Position numbers and translations under genes: made by a program. DNA of 64,000 bases from Vicinamibacteria bacterium (lineage in GTDB: Bacteria > Acidobacteriota > Vicinamibacteria > Marinacidobacterales > Marinacidobacteraceae), in NCBI GenBank assembly GCA_963422395.1, contig OY729431.1:640001-704000 (forward strand). Direction: 5' to 3'. Of the stretch, positions 61,901 through 64,000 are shown one piece after another (positions within the stretch are counted from its first letter, which is position 1; the number at the start of each line of letters is the position of its first letter). The notes under the pieces were generated by a model. The model was not told the origin of the DNA, did not search any database, and worked only from the letters and a program-made list of their open reading frames with translations.

Positions 61901-62598
61901 GCGACCTCGGGGTCGCCGAGCTCCTGAAAAGTTCGCTCCTGCCGCAGGGTGTCCAGCGACACGATCTGCTGGTCTTCGAGAAACGGATTCCCGGATTCCG
62001 TCCGCCTGCGCCCAAGGATTCCGAACTGCAAGTGGAAGAGGGTCCGCAGCTCGCGCTCCCAGTTCCCGACGAGCCCGGCCGGGGGCACGATGAGCACCCT
62101 TCGGATGCGACGGCGCGAGAGAAGCTCACGCACCAGGAGGCCGGTCATGATCGTTTTGCCGGCTCCGGCGTCGTCAGCGAGCAGGAACCGCAGCGGGTCC
62201 TGCGCCAGCATCCTTTCGTATACCGCGATCCGCTGGTGCGGCAATGGATCGATCCGTGCCGTCTCGATGGCGAAGGCGGGGTTGAACTCGTGGCCGTGAG
62301 CGAGGCAAAGCGCTTCGGTGAATGCGGAAACGCCGCGCGGATCCCCGGCGAAGTCCAGCGGGGGAGGGCCGGGTTCCACCGGAGGCGCGGGGCTGGAGGC
62401 GGCGACCGCGGCTTCGAGCTCGGCGAGCCGGCGAAGCGAGCCCGGTTGCGGTGCTGCTTTTCCTGCCTCCCAGCGGTGGATGGTGATCAGGGTTACCCCG
62501 AGTTCCTCGGCGAGCCGGCCCTGGCTGAAACCGAGAGCTCGCCGGACCTCGTGCACCCTCCCGCCGAAGTCGTCACCGTCGGAGCTCGCGGAAGGCAT
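58948..62598 (-). CDS. XRE-HTH + SNF2 helicase + DUF3883 nuclease fusion
   Basis: HTH RRALGFSQGRLAEELGVTLITIHRWEAG; LLADDAGAGKT, DEAH, TATPH, AAGEGINLQ, EQRMGRIHRYGQ; C-terminal GFDLLS...IEVKG. Confidence 0.9.
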   Translation of the reverse strand: MPSASSDGDDFGGRVHEVRRALGFSQGRLAEELGVTLITIHRWEAGKAAPQPGSLRRLAELEAAVAASSPAPPVEPGPPPLDFAGDPRGVSAFTEALCLAHGHEFNPAFAIETARIDPLPHQRIAVYERMLAQDPLRFLLADDAGAGKTIMTGLLVRELLSRRRIRRVLIVPPAGLVGNWERELRTLFHLQFGILGRRRTESGNPFLEDQQIVSLDTLRQERTFQELGDPEVAPYDLVVFDEAHKLSVGGEGDRVDKTKRYQLAEALSGGAAPSGPFSGLGWSARHLLLLTATPHMGRERPYHFLWRLLDPQSFSTGAAVTRLSPAVRRRHFLRRTKEELVGFDGAPLFLPRRCNTFSYQLSEGPDGERDLYERTTEYLHEFYGRALTNRLKNRPAVELALTVFQRRLASSTWALLRSFERRIEKLRQVVQDIRSDGIEPETLLLDRKAAKGDLFEIRAADDDAGSPTNRDREEIETWEDEMLGALAVVTEEEVQREIGVLEGLRDRARRLHESGQESKFQRLREVLEGGAEVEPREKWLIFSEHRDTVDSLIRRLEGLGYSGQVAEIHGGMDWPEREEQVERFRDPAGARFLIATDAAGEGINLQFCRLMVNYDIPWNPARLEQRMGRIHRYGQKHEVRIVNLISKDTREGRVLAVLLEKLDAIREELESDKVFDVIGRLFEGRSLKKYLRSTLWEGGEEKTDAERADLAELKDALRSERVRKIRDEETRRYGDGPEKPGEVAARLTRLNRERDREESLRLLPAYVLRFVERSAPLLGLTISGDLDGFFTLLPGRAGALDPLLPALDTLAPEDRELLSARRIAPGKPGVWLHPGEPVFDALSEAVRNLFSRDAQRGAIFADPRADGPYFFHLGLVGVEAEVPPPAAAPPALLPHGSLRVPSPARRIIERRLIGLRQEEDGMLIEEPVERMLLLHGAPNAVPGAIPLASRSLGRRAEAAAQAQEIAERLVGEHRARARRSSEERRRQLTAGFDLRAAELAEQRKRLRDRLPDRLSNQSSDRAAPDEEAMREVREEQAALASRRTSELQNLREAPDRIHPGEVLLLAHALVIPAPDSDELEGYDETVEAMAVRIASEWERAHHGRLQDVSKPEKARAAGLADWPGFDLLSIRPDGEQRRIEVKGRAGRGGVSIEPNEWKQACHFGEAYWLYVVFDCGRPRPELKRIQNPFRLLTSHHSSEAFSLSAGALREAAEPDP

Positions 62599-62608
62599 GG
62601 CAGCGGTC

Positions 62609-62663
62609 AGTATAGCACAGGTAACATGAGGCTTATAAAGATATTTATCATTTGATAAAAATC
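62609..62663 (-). promoter_or_regulatory. Extended -10 promoter and palindromic operator upstream of the HTH-SNF2 gene
   Basis: Minus-strand TGcTATACT 10 nt before ATG; GATATTTATCA-TT-TGATAAAAATC palindrome (62640-62663, 10/11) in an AT-rich patch. Confidence 0.65.
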
Positions 62664-62888
62664 ATGAAAAAGAAGCAACGGATGCCGTGTCGCGGCGGCG
62701 GTGGAAGGGGCTAGAGCGTCTGCCGTCCCGCCGCGTCCACAGGCTGGTCCGGAGCGGCTCGCCGTGATCCACCTCCTGTTGGGTCGACATCGAACCGCAC
62801 GGCTCGCCGTGACGCACCGCCCCCGCCGAGAATACGCCTTCCACTGCGGTGCGGCGCTTCCTCGCGGATGTGCTACGTTGTGCGTCGT

Positions 62889-63182
62889 ATGTCGCGAAGT
62901 GCTGCCCGGACCCGGCGGGTCGGCGTCCGGGAGTTGCGGCAGAACCTGAGCGTCTATCTGCGCCGGATCCATGACGGCGAACGGTTCGAAGTGACGGACC
63001 GGGGTGTCCCGGTGGCCCTGCTGACCCCACTGGGCGAGAACCTCTCTCCCCTCGAACGACTGATCGCCGAGGGAAGGGTGAAGCGGCCGGTCGGGAAGCT
63101 GTCAGATCTCCCGCCGCCCGCCGGAGAGCCGACCACTACGGGGAGCGGCGCCCTCCTGACCGGCCGCGAAGACCGCTTCTGA
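62889..63182 (+). CDS. vapB: Phd/YefM-type antitoxin (VapB)
   Basis: VGVRELRQNLSVYLRRIHDGERFEVTDRGVPVALL; upstream of PIN toxin. Confidence 0.85.
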   Translation: MSRSAARTRRVGVRELRQNLSVYLRRIHDGERFEVTDRGVPVALLTPLGENLSPLERLIAEGRVKRPVGKLSDLPPPAGEPTTTGSGALLTGREDRF

Positions 63183-63216
63183 ACCGGCTGCCGACCGCTT
63201 CTTCGCGCGTTCTCTC

Positions 63217-63606
63217 ATGGTTTATGTGGATTCGTCGGCGCTCGTGAAGCTCCTGGTCTCCGAGCCGGAGTCGCGGGCGCTTCGGGAGTACTTGATCGGC
63301 CGCGAGGAACTCGTGTCGAGCGCCCTGGCGGAAGTCGAGCTGCTTCGCGCCCTGAGCCGGATCGACGGTTCGGAGGAGATCCGCCGCCGCGCTCGCCTCC
63401 TGCTGGACGGTCTGGCGCTCCTTCCGCTCGACTCGACCGTTCTGAAGGAAGCGGCGAGCTTCCCGGTGCCCGGCCTGCGTACGCTCGACGCGCTCCACCT
63501 CGCGGCGGCGCTTTCGCTAGCCGATCTCGATGCCTTCGTCACCTACGACCGGCGGCTCGCCGAGGCTGCCGCCGCCGCGGGCCTGCCCGTGGCGTCCCCG
63601 GGGTGA
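63217..63606 (+). CDS. vapC: PIN-domain toxin VapC
   Basis: YVDSSALVKL, SALAEVE, LRTLDALHLAAA, TYDRRL. Confidence 0.9.
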   Translation: MVYVDSSALVKLLVSEPESRALREYLIGREELVSSALAEVELLRALSRIDGSEEIRRRARLLLDGLALLPLDSTVLKEAASFPVPGLRTLDALHLAAALSLADLDAFVTYDRRLAEAAAAAGLPVASPG

Positions 63607-63687
63607 CCGACCTCCCGGTGCTTCTGGTGCGGATCCCCGAGAGCGGCTCCGACTCCGAGGATGACGGTGGGTTCGTTCTTCCAAATG

Positions 63688-63706
63688 GACCATGGTCTCA
63701 GACCAT
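63688..63706. promoter_or_regulatory. Overlapping palindromes, probable antitoxin operator
   Basis: GACCATGGTC (63688-63697) and ATGGTCT-C-AGACCAT (63692-63706) upstream of RBS GGAGGT. Confidence 0.6.
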
Positions 63707-63721
63707 ATTAAGGTGGAGGTC

Positions 63722-64000
63722 ATGCAGGAAATTCGTATCTCGAAGTTCAAGGCGACCTGTCTCGAGGTCCTCGACCGGGTAGCGACGAGCGGCCGCCCGG
63801 TGTTGGTGACCCGGTTCGGCAGGCCGATCGCCCGGATCGTTCCGCCGCCGCCTGTTCCGCGGGCCGGATGGTTCGGCGCCATGAAGGGCACGGGCAGGAT
63901 GAACGACGACCTGATCGCCCCGGCTGCCGACCCGGCGGAATGGGAAGGGCGGCAGACTCGCTCGACTTTCTGCGAACCGCGGCGGCGGGCATCGAGAGAG
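63722..64000 (+). CDS. Phd/YefM family antitoxin (no stop within window)
   Basis: Manual translation MQEIRISKFKATCLEVLDRVATSGRPVLVTRFGRPIARIVP...FGAMKG...DDLIAP...EWE; RBS GGAGGT. Confidence 0.85.
   Translation, partial: MQEIRISKFKATCLEVLDRVATSGRPVLVTRFGRPIARIVPPPPVPRAGWFGAMKGTGRMNDDLIAPAADPAEWEGRQTRSTFCEPRRRASRE

Overview
Very GC-rich bacterial window with two defence-rich regions flanking a housekeeping/transport core. Left (1-12 kb): the tail of a BREX-type locus (PglZ, BrxL), preceded by Schlafen/HATPase genes and a PHP-ABC-ATPase (TrlF/Ppl-like), and followed by a Fic protein and two small membrane proteins. Middle (12-36 kb): pxpA/pxpBC, a 29-aa ribosomal protein bTHX missed by the ORF track, a SAM methyltransferase, ispG, an EgtB homologue lacking the usual catalytic tyrosine loop, a MacAB-type exporter, a decayed Ubl/E1 plus tandem ABC-ATPase/PIN islet, an AAA ATPase with a palindromic operator, an RND efflux operon and tRNA-Val(UAC). 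Right (36.1-62.6 kb): a ~26.5 kb, entirely minus-strand defence island ending inside the tRNA. An HTH-SNF2-DUF3883 / DUF1156 methylase / DUF499 ATPase backbone is split by ~10 kb of cargo (Gabija-like, DUF262+HEPN, KAP NTPase, Menshen-like). It is followed by a tightly linked five-gene GHKL ATPase - unknown - DUF6339-like - C5 methylase - Vsr module with no recognisable restriction nuclease, whose first gene carries an in-frame 32-C homopolymer (candidate phase-variation switch). That module is my best candidate for an undescribed system. TA genes close the window. I saw no CRISPR array, integrase, transposase or reverse transcriptase. All family assignments come from motif recognition by eye; no database search was run.
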